From an uncultured Bacilli bacterium (GTDB taxonomy: Bacteria > Bacillota_I > Bacilli_A > RF39 > UBA660), in the NCBI GenBank assembly GCA_947626035.1, contig CANQQR010000003.1, forward strand, positions 7,603-71,602: DNA of 64,000 bases. The letters are read 5' to 3'. Below are positions 37,406 to 48,750 of the stretch, one piece after another; the stretch's first letter is position 1; each line of letters opens with the position of its first letter. Below the pieces are notes generated by a model. It was not told where the DNA came from. It saw nothing but the letters and a program-made list of their open reading frames with translations, and searched no databases. The translations under genes and the position numbers were made by a program.

Positions 37406-39379
37406 ATGGGTAAATTTAAATTATTAAAAATACTAGGTGGAATCCTAATAATCATATCTATTCTTTCAGTAGGAACATCTTTATATAGTATATACTTACT
37501 AAAAGGCATAGAAACTTTTTACAGAATAATGTTTTCATGTCTTCTAGTTCTTCTATTAATAACTTTATTATACACACTACTAAATAGCATAAAATTTAAC
37601 AAAAAGAAAAAATTCATAATAACAAGCATACTAACAATACTACTATCTATAATATCAGTTGCTATATCTGTAGTAATATTTGTAGTATACTCAAAACTTG
37701 ATAACATGACCACAAACAAAACAGCAACATACAAAACAGTATTAATAAGTTTAGAAGAAACAAAAAAAATAGAAGAATTAAAAGATTTAAAAATTGGTAT
37801 AATTACAAATGAAGAAGACGTCGAAGGCAACATACTTCCAAACGAAGTAATACAAAAATACAAACTAAAAGACAACAACGAAATAGTAACATTTGAAGAC
37901 ACACTAACACTAATGCAAGCTTTACTAAACAAAGACGTAGATGCGATATTCATAGGTAATGACTACGAAAGAAGATTTTTAAACATAGAAAACTTTGACA
38001 CAAAAACAGAATTCCATGAAATATATAAATATGAAAAAGAATATGAGAAAGAAGAAGAAAAACAAGAAAAAGAAGTAGAAGTAAAAAAAGTGACAGAACC
38101 ATTTACTATACTATTACTAGGTGTTGACTCAGAAACAGACGAATTAAAAAACAGCACATCATTTAACGGAGACACAATAATGCTAATAGCAGTAGACCCT
38201 GAAACACTACATGCAACAATGTTTAGTATACCAAGAGACACATACGTACCAATGGCCTGTGGAGGAAACACAACAAAAATCACTCACGCAGCATGGGGTG
38301 GAACAAATTGTGTAATAAAAACAGTTGAAAACTTTACTGGAATAGACATAGATTATTACATAAAAATAAACTTTAGGGGTGTAGTAGACTTAGTAGATAA
38401 ACTAGGTGGAATAACAGTAGACGTACCAATATCATTCTGTGAATCAAATTCATATAGATGGGTTGACGACTGGGAAATATGCCTAGAACCAGGTGTACAA
38501 AACCTTAATGGAGAACAAGCCCTAGCGCTTTCAAGACACAGAAAAACACTACCACTTGGAGACTTCCAAAGAGGACAAAATCAACAACTAGTAGTTGAAG
38601 CAATGTTAAACAAAATAAAAACACTAAAAAGCGTAGACGACTTCTACGGAGTACTAAACACAATAAGTAAAAACATAGAAACAAACATGAGCGTAGACCA
38701 AATGCTATCATTCTATAATGTTGGTAAATCAATAATGCTAAAAGACGAAGATGTACAAATAAACATAACAAGAACATTCCTAACAGGTTATGACTTATAC
38801 GTATGGGAAGGTTATGGCGAAACATACACTTTCCAATACTATAAACAAAGTTTAGCTGACATAGTAAATGCACTAAAAGTAAACCTAAAACAACTACCAA
38901 AAGAAGAAATAAAAACATTTAGCTTTAGCATAAACAATAAATATGAAAAAGAAATAATAGGCCAAGTTCAATATAGCGAATCAAGAAAAGAATTAGTCCC
39001 ATATTTTGAAGCATATGACATAGCATACGCACAAAGCTGGGCCTCTTCTAGAGGATTTACAATAACAATTAATGAAGTAGAAAGCACAGACCCAAATTAC
39101 TATGACGGTCAAATAATAGACCAAAGTGTTCATGGACATGTATTAGTAGAAAAAGCAGACAGAAACATAACACTAACAGTAGTAAAAAAGAAAACTGAAG
39201 AAGAAGACCCAAGTGAAGAAGATCCAAAAGAAGAAAAACCTGGAGAAGAAGAAAATCCACAAACACCTGGCGAAACTGAAAGTGGTGGTTCAAGTGAAGG
39301 AGATACAGGCGAACAAGGAGATTCCAAAGTTGACCCAGAACCTGACCCAGAAACCCCACCAACTGACCAAGAAGAATAA
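37406..39379 (+). CDS. LytR-CpsA-Psr (LCP) family glycopolymer-to-peptidoglycan phosphotransferase. N-terminal TM helices and an acidic/Pro-rich C-terminal extension.
   Basis: LLLGVDSETDE...GDTIMLIAVDPETLHATMFSIPRDTYV is the LCP core motif. Confidence 0.8.
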   Translation: MGKFKLLKILGGILIIISILSVGTSLYSIYLLKGIETFYRIMFSCLLVLLLITLLYTLLNSIKFNKKKKFIITSILTILLSIISVAISVVIFVVYSKLDNMTTNKTATYKTVLISLEETKKIEELKDLKIGIITNEEDVEGNILPNEVIQKYKLKDNNEIVTFEDTLTLMQALLNKDVDAIFIGNDYERRFLNIENFDTKTEFHEIYKYEKEYEKEEEKQEKEVEVKKVTEPFTILLLGVDSETDELKNSTSFNGDTIMLIAVDPETLHATMFSIPRDTYVPMACGGNTTKITHAAWGGTNCVIKTVENFTGIDIDYYIKINFRGVVDLVDKLGGITVDVPISFCESNSYRWVDDWEICLEPGVQNLNGEQALALSRHRKTLPLGDFQRGQNQQLVVEAMLNKIKTLKSVDDFYGVLNTISKNIETNMSVDQMLSFYNVGKSIMLKDEDVQINITRTFLTGYDLYVWEGYGETYTFQYYKQSLADIVNALKVNLKQLPKEEIKTFSFSINNKYEKEIIGQVQYSESRKELVPYFEAYDIAYAQSWASSRGFTITINEVESTDPNYYDGQIIDQSVHGHVLVEKADRNITLTVVKKKTEEEDPSEEDPKEEKPGEEENPQTPGETESGGSSEGDTGEQGDSKVDPEPDPETPPTDQEE

Positions 39380-39406
39380 CACTAAAAACCTAGTGTTATT
39401 TTTTCT
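39375..39406 (+). terminator. Rho-independent terminator (AATAACACTA-aaaacc-TAGTGTTATT + TTTTT).
   Basis: 10-bp perfect stem; the stop codon lies inside the stem. Confidence 0.6.
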
Positions 39407-39460
39407 TCTTTAACTAACAAAACATACGTGTTATAATTTAAATAGGTGGTGCACCAAACT

Positions 39461-40012
39461 ATGAATAATTTTATAAAAACGCAAATACTAAGAATGAGAA
39501 TATTTTTAATGTTTACCAAAGAAAAAAGAACAAACTACATAATAAGAAAAAAAATATTTTACAGTGTAGGAGAAAACTTCATATTTCAACCTAGAAAAAT
39601 ACCAGCAGAACCTAAACTAGTAAAATTTGGAAACAACGTAACAGTAGCAAGTGGTGTCACATTTATAACTCATGACATATTTCATGAAATGGCAAACAAC
39701 ATGCAAAAAGACTACAACTACTTATACTATGCAAGAGCAATAGAAGTAGGAAATAATGTATTTATAGGTGGAAACGTAACAATATTACCAAACGTAAAAA
39801 TAGGTAACAACGTCTTTATCGCAGCAGGTTCAGTAGTAACTAAAGACGTAGAAGATAACAGCCTAATAGGCGGAAACCCAGCAAAAAAAATATCTTCATT
39901 TGACGACTACTTAGAAAAAAGAAAAAAACTTGATGGAGAAATGGTAAACACATATGACCCAGAATCTGTATGGAGAAGATTTAATTATGAAAAATATAAT
40001 AGAGAAAATTAA
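39461..40012 (+). CDS. Hexapeptide-repeat (LbH) sugar O-acetyltransferase (WbbJ/maltose-acetyltransferase-like).
   Basis: NVFIGGNVTILPNVKIGNNVFIAAGSVVTKDV...GGNPAK hexapeptide repeats. ATG at 39461 with an aggtggtg RBS is preferred over the GTG at 39446. Confidence 0.7.
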   Translation: MNNFIKTQILRMRIFLMFTKEKRTNYIIRKKIFYSVGENFIFQPRKIPAEPKLVKFGNNVTVASGVTFITHDIFHEMANNMQKDYNYLYYARAIEVGNNVFIGGNVTILPNVKIGNNVFIAAGSVVTKDVEDNSLIGGNPAKKISSFDDYLEKRKKLDGEMVNTYDPESVWRRFNYEKYNREN

Positions 40013-41225
40013 AAAACAAACACCAAATATAATAATCATATTTCTCTATTTACAACCATTTTTAGAAATACTACACACACTACTAGAAAAAAGCCCACTT
40101 CTCGTATACTTAACAGGAATAATTAGATTCTTATTCATGGGATTTATGATACTTTACTTAATAATAGAAAAATATGAAAACAAAAAAATAATATTACCAT
40201 ACACACTCTTACTAATAATAACAATGCTCTCACACATAATATACATGTATTATATAGACCCACTTAATATACTAATAAACATAAGAACAACACTATCAAC
40301 ATATTACTTCATATATTTATTAATATCATTCTATGTAATATACAAAAACACTAACTTTAACAAAAAACACTTAGAAATAATCTACATAATATATTTACTA
40401 CTAACATTCATACCTAACATACTAAACATAGGCTTTAAAAGTTACTGGCACAGTAAAGTAGGTAGCTCTGGCTTCTTTAAATCAGCTAACGTACTAAGTT
40501 CAATACTACTACTCTTACTAATAGTAGTAATACCAAAACTAAAAAAAGAGCCACTTCCATTCAAAATAATACTATCACTAATAACAATATATGTATTTCT
40601 AAGCATTGGAACAAAAACCCCAGTAATAGGCCTAATACTATCACTAATAACATACCTACTTTTCTACATATATAAAATAATAAAAGAAAAAAACAAAAAA
40701 CAAATACTAATAACTTCTATAACAATACTATTAATAACTGTACTAAGTATAATAGTAGTACCATCTTCTTCATTCTATGAAAACATAAAAATACATTACA
40801 CTTACCTAAAAGAAAACAACAAAACATCTAAATTTGAACTACTAGATAACCTAGTATTTAGTGAAAGACTAACATTTGCAAAAAACACACACAAAATATA
40901 CAAATCCTCTTCACTTCCTCAAAAAATCCTAGGCCTAGGCTACATAGAAAATGGTCGTGAAAAAGTTATAGAAATAGATTACTTAGACATATTCTATAAA
41001 GAGGGAATCCTCGCATTTATATTATATTTTATACCAATAATTTACATAATAACAAAATACATAAAAAACTTTAAACCTAATTTCATAAATATAAATAACT
41101 TATTAACATTAATACTAATACTACTAATAGCCTTATTCCAAGGACACATATTTATAACACCAGTAATAAGTATTTTCATAGCATTAATATTAATAATAAA
41201 TAGTAAAAAAGAGGTGGACTCATGA
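39987..41225 (+). CDS. Polytopic membrane protein, O-antigen ligase / Wzy-like polymerase family candidate.
   Basis: About 10 TM helices with a loop in the C-terminal third. Sits in a glycopolymer locus. No strict motif. Confidence 0.45.
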   Translation: MKNIIEKIKKQTPNIIIIFLYLQPFLEILHTLLEKSPLLVYLTGIIRFLFMGFMILYLIIEKYENKKIILPYTLLLIITMLSHIIYMYYIDPLNILINIRTTLSTYYFIYLLISFYVIYKNTNFNKKHLEIIYIIYLLLTFIPNILNIGFKSYWHSKVGSSGFFKSANVLSSILLLLLIVVIPKLKKEPLPFKIILSLITIYVFLSIGTKTPVIGLILSLITYLLFYIYKIIKEKNKKQILITSITILLITVLSIIVVPSSSFYENIKIHYTYLKENNKTSKFELLDNLVFSERLTFAKNTHKIYKSSSLPQKILGLGYIENGREKVIEIDYLDIFYKEGILAFILYFIPIIYIITKYIKNFKPNFININNLLTLILILLIALFQGHIFITPVISIFIALILIINSKKEVDS

Positions 41226-42262
41226 ACATAAACATAAACGGACACAACATACTTTTAATAGTATTTATAACATTCATATCTTCAGTAATATTTGTAGGAT
41301 TATCAAAAAAAATTGCTGAATATATAGGCGCAATAGACATACCAAACAAACGAAGTGCTCACACAAAACCAACCCCACTACTAGGCGGCATAGGAATATT
41401 TTTATCATTCCTACTAGGTTACATGTTTTTTGGAGAAGAAAACACACTAATGCTATCAGTCTTAATGGCTTCATTTCTAATACTACTTCTTGGAATATTT
41501 GACGACATAAGACCAATAAAAGCAAAATATAAAATAATAATACACATAATAGTCGCATCAATAGTAGTATTTTATGGAGGACTAAAACTAACACACTTTG
41601 ATATATTCGGTTACACATTTTACTTCCAAGAAATAAGTCCATACCTAACAATACTAATAATCGTTGGAATAATAAATGCTATAAACTTAATTGATGGCTT
41701 AGATGGACTATGTGCAGGTATCTCTTCAATATACTTTCTAACAATAGGAATAATTGCAGTAATACTAAACAAACTTGGAGGCTTAGACATAATACTATCA
41801 TTCATAATGCTAGGATCCACTCTAGGATTTCTAGTCTACAACTTCCCACCTGCAAAAATATTCATGGGTGACACAGGAAGTACATTCCTAGGTTTAATGA
41901 TAAGTGTAATCATGCTTCTAGGATTTAAAACCGTAACACTAACATCACTAGTAGTACCACTTGTATTACTAATACTTCCAATAACAGACACACTACTAGC
42001 AATAATAAGACGTGCAATACACAAAAAAAACATAGGAGAACCAGACAAAGAACACATCCACCATCAATTACTAAAAAAACTATCAACAAGAAAAACAATA
42101 ATAACAATCTACATCATAAACATCATTTTTAGCATAATAACAATACTATATGCAACAGGAAGAAAAAAAGAAATGATAATATTCTACATACTAATGGCAT
42201 TTATTTTACTATTTCTAATATTCAAAACAAACGTATTATTTGATAAAAAGGAGAAAAAATGA
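41222..42262 (+). CDS. tagO: Undecaprenyl-phosphate N-acetylhexosamine 1-phosphate transferase (TagO/WecA family).
   Basis: IPNKRSAHTKPTPLLGGIGIF and NAINLIDGLDGL motifs of the MraY/WecA family. Confidence 0.85.
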   Translation: MNININGHNILLIVFITFISSVIFVGLSKKIAEYIGAIDIPNKRSAHTKPTPLLGGIGIFLSFLLGYMFFGEENTLMLSVLMASFLILLLGIFDDIRPIKAKYKIIIHIIVASIVVFYGGLKLTHFDIFGYTFYFQEISPYLTILIIVGIINAINLIDGLDGLCAGISSIYFLTIGIIAVILNKLGGLDIILSFIMLGSTLGFLVYNFPPAKIFMGDTGSTFLGLMISVIMLLGFKTVTLTSLVVPLVLLILPITDTLLAIIRRAIHKKNIGEPDKEHIHHQLLKKLSTRKTIITIYIINIIFSIITILYATGRKKEMIIFYILMAFILLFLIFKTNVLFDKKEKK

Positions 42263-43227
42263 AAATATGTATATTAGGTTCAGGGGCTTTCGGACTATCA
42301 CTAGCAACCATATTCATAAAAAATAAACACAAAGTAGTAGTATATTCACACACAAAAGAAGAAGAAAAAGAATTAAAAAAAACAAGAAAAAGTAACAAAC
42401 TTCCTAACTATATAATTGACGAAAAAATAACAATAACAAACAGTCTAAAAAGAGCAGTAAACAAAAGTGATTTAATAGTAATAGCAGTACCAGCTCATGC
42501 AGTAGACGAAATAACTAAAAAAATTTCTCCACTAATAACTAAAAATATGCACATCTTATTAGCAACAAAAGGAATAGAAAATGACACATGTGCATTCCTA
42601 AATGAAGTAATAGAAAGAAACATAAACACAAACAAAATAGCAGTAATATCTGGTCCAACATTTGCTACTGATATAATAAAAGATGTTCCCATAGGTTTTT
42701 CACTAGGAACAACAAACACAAAAACACAAAAATTAATAAAAACACTAATAGAAAATGACAAAACAAAAATAAGAGTAACTCAAGACATAATAGGCGTAGA
42801 AATATGTGGTTCAATAAAAAATGTAATGGCCATTGCATCAGGAATGCTAAATGGAATGAAAGTAACAGACTCAACAAAAGCACTATTCCTAACAGAAAGT
42901 TTAAACGACATAAAAGAATTAATTGATTGTCTAGGTGGAAACAAAAAAACAATACTATCATTCGCAGGATTTGGTGACATACTTATGACATGCACAAGCA
43001 CAACTAGTAGAAACTTCTCATATGGTAAACTAATAGGCGAAGGAAAACTAAAAGAAGCAGAAAAATATGCACAAACAAAAACAGTAGAAGGATTATACAC
43101 ACTAAAATCAATAAAAGAATTAATAAAAAGAGAACACGTAAAAATGCCAATAGTAAACTTAATAAGTGACATAATAACAAACAATAAAAATAAAGAAGAA
43201 CTATTAAACTTTTTAATAAACAAATAA
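42259..43227 (+). CDS. gpsA: NAD(P)H-dependent glycerol-3-phosphate dehydrogenase.
   Basis: N-terminal ILGSGAFGLSLA Rossmann motif, KGIE and CGSIKNVMAIASGMLNGM (GpsA signature). Confidence 0.8.
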   Translation: MKICILGSGAFGLSLATIFIKNKHKVVVYSHTKEEEKELKKTRKSNKLPNYIIDEKITITNSLKRAVNKSDLIVIAVPAHAVDEITKKISPLITKNMHILLATKGIENDTCAFLNEVIERNINTNKIAVISGPTFATDIIKDVPIGFSLGTTNTKTQKLIKTLIENDKTKIRVTQDIIGVEICGSIKNVMAIASGMLNGMKVTDSTKALFLTESLNDIKELIDCLGGNKKTILSFAGFGDILMTCTSTTSRNFSYGKLIGEGKLKEAEKYAQTKTVEGLYTLKSIKELIKREHVKMPIVNLISDIITNNKNKEELLNFLINK

Positions 43228-43241
43228 AAGGAGAATAACAA

Positions 43242-44273
43242 ATGACAGAAAGAAAAACAAATTTTGATTTATTAAGAATAATCGCATGCTTAATGGTAAT
43301 TTTGCTCCATACAGCAGCATTAAAAATTTATTATTATTCTCATTTAGAAGTAGAATGGAAAATAATGAACATATATGATAGCCTTGTAAGAAGTGCAGTA
43401 CCTATTTTCTTTATGATAAGTGGTGCATTTATTCTCGGAAAACAAAATTTTGACTTTAAAAAATTTTTCAAAAAGAATATATTAAAAATAATTATATTTT
43501 ACATATTTTGGTCATTATTCTATATGGTAGATACATTAGACATCTATACAATAATACACAGTCCATTAAAAGCTATAAATATTTTCATTGATAGTAAATA
43601 TCATTTATGGTTTATACGTACATTAATAGGAATTTATTTAATTATACCATTTATAAAAAGTATAACAAAATTAGACGATAAATACATAAAATATTATCTA
43701 CTCTTATTTTTAATATTCACAGTATTTAAAAGAACACTAATAGATTTATTCCCAAGTAAATTTATATTAAATAGATTATTTGATTTATTTGATATTCCAT
43801 TTTTTTCATACGTTGGTTACTATATTTTAGGCTATTATATAATGAACAAAGATACATCAAAATTAAAAATAAGATATATAGCCCCTTTGTTTCTAATAAC
43901 CGTTATAATTTCAAGCACAATAACATATTTCACATATAAAGATGGTTCTTTAACATACCCATTATATAACAATTTTTCAATAACAACATTTATAGAAAGT
44001 ATCTTATTATTTATAATATTTAAAAATATAAAAATTAAAAATAAAAAAATAAATAAAATAATACCAAAAATAGCATCTTTAACTTTAGGTGTATATGCAA
44101 TGCATATATTTATACTAGAATTACTAACTATAAAAATACCTAAAGGAGGCTATTTATTAACACATTATTCTCTATTTATGATACCACTATTAACATTTAC
44201 TATATTTATAATATGTTCAATAATAACATTAATAATAAAGAAAATACCTATATTAAAAAAATATATCGTATAA
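43242..44273 (+). CDS. Acyltransferase family 3 (OatA/OafA-like) membrane O-acyltransferase.
   Basis: FDLLRIIACLMVILLHTAA N-terminus and multi-TM architecture. Confidence 0.75.
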   Translation: MTERKTNFDLLRIIACLMVILLHTAALKIYYYSHLEVEWKIMNIYDSLVRSAVPIFFMISGAFILGKQNFDFKKFFKKNILKIIIFYIFWSLFYMVDTLDIYTIIHSPLKAINIFIDSKYHLWFIRTLIGIYLIIPFIKSITKLDDKYIKYYLLLFLIFTVFKRTLIDLFPSKFILNRLFDLFDIPFFSYVGYYILGYYIMNKDTSKLKIRYIAPLFLITVIISSTITYFTYKDGSLTYPLYNNFSITTFIESILLFIIFKNIKIKNKKINKIIPKIASLTLGVYAMHIFILELLTIKIPKGGYLLTHYSLFMIPLLTFTIFIICSIITLIIKKIPILKKYIV

Positions 44274-44300
44274 AAAGGAAGTGTACATTCCTTTTTTTAA
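44274..44300 (+). terminator. Rho-independent terminator (AAAGGAA-gtgtaca-TTCCTTT + T-run).
   Basis: Read directly. Followed by the extended -10 element tgctataat. Confidence 0.55.
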
Positions 44301-44364
44301 ATTCCTTTTATAACAATATTTAATATGCTATAATAAAAATATGTGAAAGAGAAGTGATTAATTT

Positions 44365-45555
44365 ATGAAATACATACTTATGAATAAAAATGTAGAAATA
44401 TTAATTGCTGAATATAATGAAACATCAAAATTCTTTGACAAAATTTATGAAGTAAAAAATATAAATTATGCTCCTTATATTATAAAAAGTTTTTATATAG
44501 AAAATGATATAAACGATACTCCTTTTAGAACCAATTTAAGTGAATGGTTTAAAGGAAGAGGAATCCCCTCATGGCGTGATAAATTAGATTTATTATTGCA
44601 TAGATTAAACATAACTGCTCCATATGAACTTCTAGATAAAGCCTTTGGATTATCTTTATCAGACCAATATTGGCTAAAGCCAGTTGACAGTGATATTTCA
44701 TATGACGATATCAATTTTTTTGATAATGCTTTTGACTATGCAGAATTTATGGAAGCTTCTTTATCAGCTAATAGTAAAACAATAACTAAAGAAACTTCTT
44801 TAAAAACACCAAATAATACAACAGATGGAATGTTAAAAAAAGCTTGGATTATTGATAATGGTACAAGATATTTATTAAAAGGTGGTTATAAAAATGAAAC
44901 CTTACAACCATTTAATGAAGCATTAGCAAGTGAAATATGTAAAAGACTTGGATTTAATCATGTAGAATATAAAGTAGATACTTATAAAGATACAGTAGTC
45001 TCTAAATGCCCTTGTTTTATAAATAAAGATACAGAACTTATAACATGCTATCAAATAAGAAATGATATGAAAAGACATGATAGTATCGAAGACTATGAAG
45101 AATATATTAAAAAGTTAGAAGAACATAACATAGAAAATGCTCGTGAAAAAGTAGAAAATATGTATATATTAGATTTCCTAATTATGAATGAAGATAGACA
45201 CTTAAATAACTTTGGAATTATAAGAGATGTAAACACATTAAAATGGCTAGATGTTGCTCCCATATTTGATAATGGCCAAAGTTTAAATATTTCATACTAT
45301 GATGAAGAAGAAATGCATATTTCTGGAAACGGAAGATTATTCTATGAAATAAAACCCTTTGATGAAATAATAAAAATAGTCAAAAACATAAAAAGAATAG
45401 ATATAAAAAAATTAGATGGTATAGTAGAATGGTTTAATGAATTACTACATCAATATCAATATTTAACTAAATACTCTGATGCTAGAATAAATAAATTATG
45501 TATTCTATTAAATAGACAAATAAATAAATTAAAAGAAATAATTTTAAATAATTAA
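44365..45555 (+). CDS. HipA-like kinase family protein (orphan; no adjacent HipB).
   Basis: MNEDRHLNNFGIIRD...LDVAPIFDNGQSL matches the HipA_C catalytic D-x-H-x-x-N and LAPAYD motifs. Confidence 0.55.
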   Translation: MKYILMNKNVEILIAEYNETSKFFDKIYEVKNINYAPYIIKSFYIENDINDTPFRTNLSEWFKGRGIPSWRDKLDLLLHRLNITAPYELLDKAFGLSLSDQYWLKPVDSDISYDDINFFDNAFDYAEFMEASLSANSKTITKETSLKTPNNTTDGMLKKAWIIDNGTRYLLKGGYKNETLQPFNEALASEICKRLGFNHVEYKVDTYKDTVVSKCPCFINKDTELITCYQIRNDMKRHDSIEDYEEYIKKLEEHNIENAREKVENMYILDFLIMNEDRHLNNFGIIRDVNTLKWLDVAPIFDNGQSLNISYYDEEEMHISGNGRLFYEIKPFDEIIKIVKNIKRIDIKKLDGIVEWFNELLHQYQYLTKYSDARINKLCILLNRQINKLKEIILNN

Positions 45556-45575
45556 ATCGAAGAAAGTGGTGTATT

Positions 45576-46193
45576 ATGAAAGTAATAGGTGTATATAGAA
45601 AATGTGATTTAGTAACAATGTTAGGAACTTGTTTTGCAGTAACAGGTATAATAATGGCTTACAATATAAAAACCACCTGCGCAATATTTTGCTTAATCTT
45701 TTCAGCTATATGTGATGCATTTGATGGTGTAGTAGCAAGACGCTTTAGAAGTTTAAAAAATGAAGAAGTATATGGTGTAGAACTCGATTCCTTAAGTGAC
45801 GCTATAAGCTTTGGCGTATTACCTGCATTAATTACTCTTAACCTAACATCAAACAACATATACGTATGTGCTATTTGCATATTCTTTGTCCTATGTGGAA
45901 TAATTAGACTTGCATACTTTAACATGTTAACAACAACTAAAAAAGGAAAAAATGACACATTTATAGGTTTACCAATAACTGCAAGTGCAATAATACTACC
46001 ACTTGTATACTTCACATCTTTAATACTAAAATTAAAATACACAAATATTATATTTCCAATAACATTATTAATAACTGGAATACTATATATTTGTCCATTC
46101 AAACTAAAAAAACCTACTCTAAGAGAAAAAATAATACTATCTGTTCTTGGAATAATAGTAATACTTATAACACTATATAAATGCTACTTTTAA
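45576..46193 (+). CDS. CDP-alcohol phosphatidyltransferase family protein.
   Basis: DAFDGVVARRF...GVELDSLSDAISFG matches D-G-x2-A-R-x8-G-x3-D-x3-D. Multi-TM. Confidence 0.8.
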   Translation: MKVIGVYRKCDLVTMLGTCFAVTGIIMAYNIKTTCAIFCLIFSAICDAFDGVVARRFRSLKNEEVYGVELDSLSDAISFGVLPALITLNLTSNNIYVCAICIFFVLCGIIRLAYFNMLTTTKKGKNDTFIGLPITASAIILPLVYFTSLILKLKYTNIIFPITLLITGILYICPFKLKKPTLREKIILSVLGIIVILITLYKCYF

Positions 46194-46204
46194 TGGGGGA
46201 AAAT

Positions 46205-47164
46205 ATGAACATATATGATTTTGATAAAACAATTTATGACGGAGACTCTAGTATCGACTTTTATAAATTTATGATTAAAAAAAATAAAAAATGTCTTTTA
46301 ATATTACCTAAATTTATAATAACTACATTTCTATATCTAATAAAAATAAAAGAAAAAGAAAACTTAAAATCAGTTTTCTTTAGTTTTATAAAATACATAG
46401 ATAACCTAGACGAAGAAGTAGAACAATTTTGGAATACAAACAAACACAAAATAAAAAAGTTCTATATAAAAAATAAAAAACCTACTGACATAATCATAAG
46501 TGCATCTCCTACATTTCTATTAAACAAAATATCTGAATATTTAAACTTCAAACTAATAGCAACAGAAGTAGACAAAAAAACAGGAAAACTAATAGGAAAA
46601 AACTGTGAAAAAGAAGAAAAAGTAAAAAGACTAAATGCTACTGGAATAAAAGAATGTAATCAATTTTATTCAGACTCACTAAGTGACACACCACTTAGCA
46701 AAATAGCTAAAAAAAGCTTTATAGTAAAAGGTAATGAACTAATAGAATGGAACAAATACAAATTAAGTTTACCAAAAAAAATAATAAAAACATTTCTAAA
46801 CAGAGACTTTATAACATTTGTAACAATTGGTTTAATAAATGTAATAAATGGTGTTTGGTTATCTCTTCTATATGGACTATTTATAAAAAATGAAATAATA
46901 GCTTATATATTTGGTTTCTTCACAAGTCTAACTATTGCATACATTCTAAACACAAAATGGAATTTTAAAGAAAAACTAAACCTAAAAAATTATATAAAAT
47001 ACGGAATAAACAACATACCTAACTTCATAATACAAATAATATCTGTATTTATATTCATAAAAGTACTAGAAACAAACAAACTAATATCATATATAATATC
47101 AGCTTCTATCTCTGTACCTATAACATTTATATTAGTAAAAATAAATGTATATAATAATAAGTGA
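46205..47164 (+). CDS. Fusion protein: N-terminal HAD-IB-like phosphatase domain + C-terminal GtrA-like membrane domain.
   Basis: MNIYDFDKTIYDGDSS (DxDxT at the N-terminus, so the ATG at 46205 is preferred over 46181). The C-terminal four TM helices are GtrA-like. Confidence 0.5.
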   Translation: MNIYDFDKTIYDGDSSIDFYKFMIKKNKKCLLILPKFIITTFLYLIKIKEKENLKSVFFSFIKYIDNLDEEVEQFWNTNKHKIKKFYIKNKKPTDIIISASPTFLLNKISEYLNFKLIATEVDKKTGKLIGKNCEKEEKVKRLNATGIKECNQFYSDSLSDTPLSKIAKKSFIVKGNELIEWNKYKLSLPKKIIKTFLNRDFITFVTIGLINVINGVWLSLLYGLFIKNEIIAYIFGFFTSLTIAYILNTKWNFKEKLNLKNYIKYGINNIPNFIIQIISVFIFIKVLETNKLISYIISASISVPITFILVKINVYNNK

Positions 47165-47172
47165 GGTTACCT

Positions 47173-48750
47173 ATGAAAGATTTACTAAATACAAAATATT
47201 TAAAAAAATTTACAAATTGGTTTGATAAAGAAAAAAGAAAAATATTCTTAATAACATTCATACTTGGCTTTATAGCTAACATATTAGTAATAACAAATGA
47301 CTTAATCTACACTGACTCTTTATCATTAACAGAAGTTTATGTAGGTGGCGTATGGGATTTATCACTTGGTAGATGGTTTTTAAAATACATTGGCCTAACA
47401 AGATTTGGTTTAGCATCCTCTGTAGTATCAAGTGTACTATCACTAATATCTTTATCTCTTAGCACAGTATTATTAATAGATTTATTTAAAATAAAAAGTA
47501 AAATATCACAAATTCTAATAAGCATCTTATTAGTAGTATCTCCCTTTTTTACAGAAACACTTTTATCAGTATACTGTAGTTTTGAATTTACAATGGCATT
47601 TACCTTATCAGTTTTAAGTGTATATCTATTATATAAATTTGATAAAGGTTATTACTTAGGAATAATCACTCTAGCGCTATCACTAGGCTTATACCAAGCT
47701 TACTTAGGTGTAACAGCAGGTTTATGCATACTAGTTCCAATAGTACTATTATTAAAAGAAAAAGAAAACACTAAAAAAATAAAAGACAAAATAATAAAAA
47801 GCATTTTAATGGGAATATTCGGTATAATTATCTATGAAATAATATTACACTTACTATTATTAATATCAAATACACAAATGTCTTCATACTCAGGCGCTAA
47901 CGAAATAGGCCTTAATACATTACTAAAAATCCCACTACTAATATTAGAACCATTAAAAAGTTTTTATAACTATTTTATAACAAACAACATAATAAATAAC
48001 ATATTCTATAAAAGAAATATAATAAACATAATACTAATTATCATAAGCATTTTAATAATTATAAATCTATATAAAAATAACAAAGAAAGAAAAAATAAAA
48101 CATTCACTTTAACACTATTAACTTTAATAATACTTATACCTTTTAGCCTAGGAATAATTGAATTAATAATAGAAAAAAGAGACATAAACTCTCTAATGTG
48201 TGCACCTTACATATTAATCTACATATTCATATTTGCTTTAATAGACGACTTAAACATAAAAAAATTATATGAAAAAACACTATGCATAATAACTTTATTA
48301 CTAATGATTTATATAAGTGAATCATACTTTGTAATGGCAAACGCATCCTACATGGCAACACGAATAACAAAAGAAAGAACAACATTTGCTGCTACAAAAA
48401 TAGTAAGTGACATATATGAAAGTGGAATCTATGAAAAAGAAAACAAAGTATTATTTATAGGAACAGCAACAGGAGAATATTTTGAAAACACAAATAAAGT
48501 ATATAACCTTGCAAGTGGCCTAACACCAAACACGCCACTTATGTGGGAAGAACCTGATTTATGTAATCGAGGCTGGCATAATTTTATTGAATATTATCTA
48601 GGACAAAAACTTGAAAGAGCAACACTTGAAGATTATAATAATATTATAACTACTAATGAATATAAAAATATGGATACATACCCAAATAAAAATTACATAA
48701 AAAAGATAAATGGAATAGTAGTAGTAAAAATAAAGGAGAAGAAACAATGA
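47173..48750 (+). CDS. Large polytopic membrane protein, candidate GT-C-type glycosyltransferase / polymer glycosylation or polymerase protein.
   Basis: More than 10 TM helices plus a C-terminal soluble domain. ATG at 47173 with a gagg RBS. No definitive motif. Confidence 0.4.
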   Translation: MKDLLNTKYLKKFTNWFDKEKRKIFLITFILGFIANILVITNDLIYTDSLSLTEVYVGGVWDLSLGRWFLKYIGLTRFGLASSVVSSVLSLISLSLSTVLLIDLFKIKSKISQILISILLVVSPFFTETLLSVYCSFEFTMAFTLSVLSVYLLYKFDKGYYLGIITLALSLGLYQAYLGVTAGLCILVPIVLLLKEKENTKKIKDKIIKSILMGIFGIIIYEIILHLLLLISNTQMSSYSGANEIGLNTLLKIPLLILEPLKSFYNYFITNNIINNIFYKRNIINIILIIISILIIINLYKNNKERKNKTFTLTLLTLIILIPFSLGIIELIIEKRDINSLMCAPYILIYIFIFALIDDLNIKKLYEKTLCIITLLLMIYISESYFVMANASYMATRITKERTTFAATKIVSDIYESGIYEKENKVLFIGTATGEYFENTNKVYNLASGLTPNTPLMWEEPDLCNRGWHNFIEYYLGQKLERATLEDYNNIITTNEYKNMDTYPNKNYIKKINGIVVVKIKEKKQ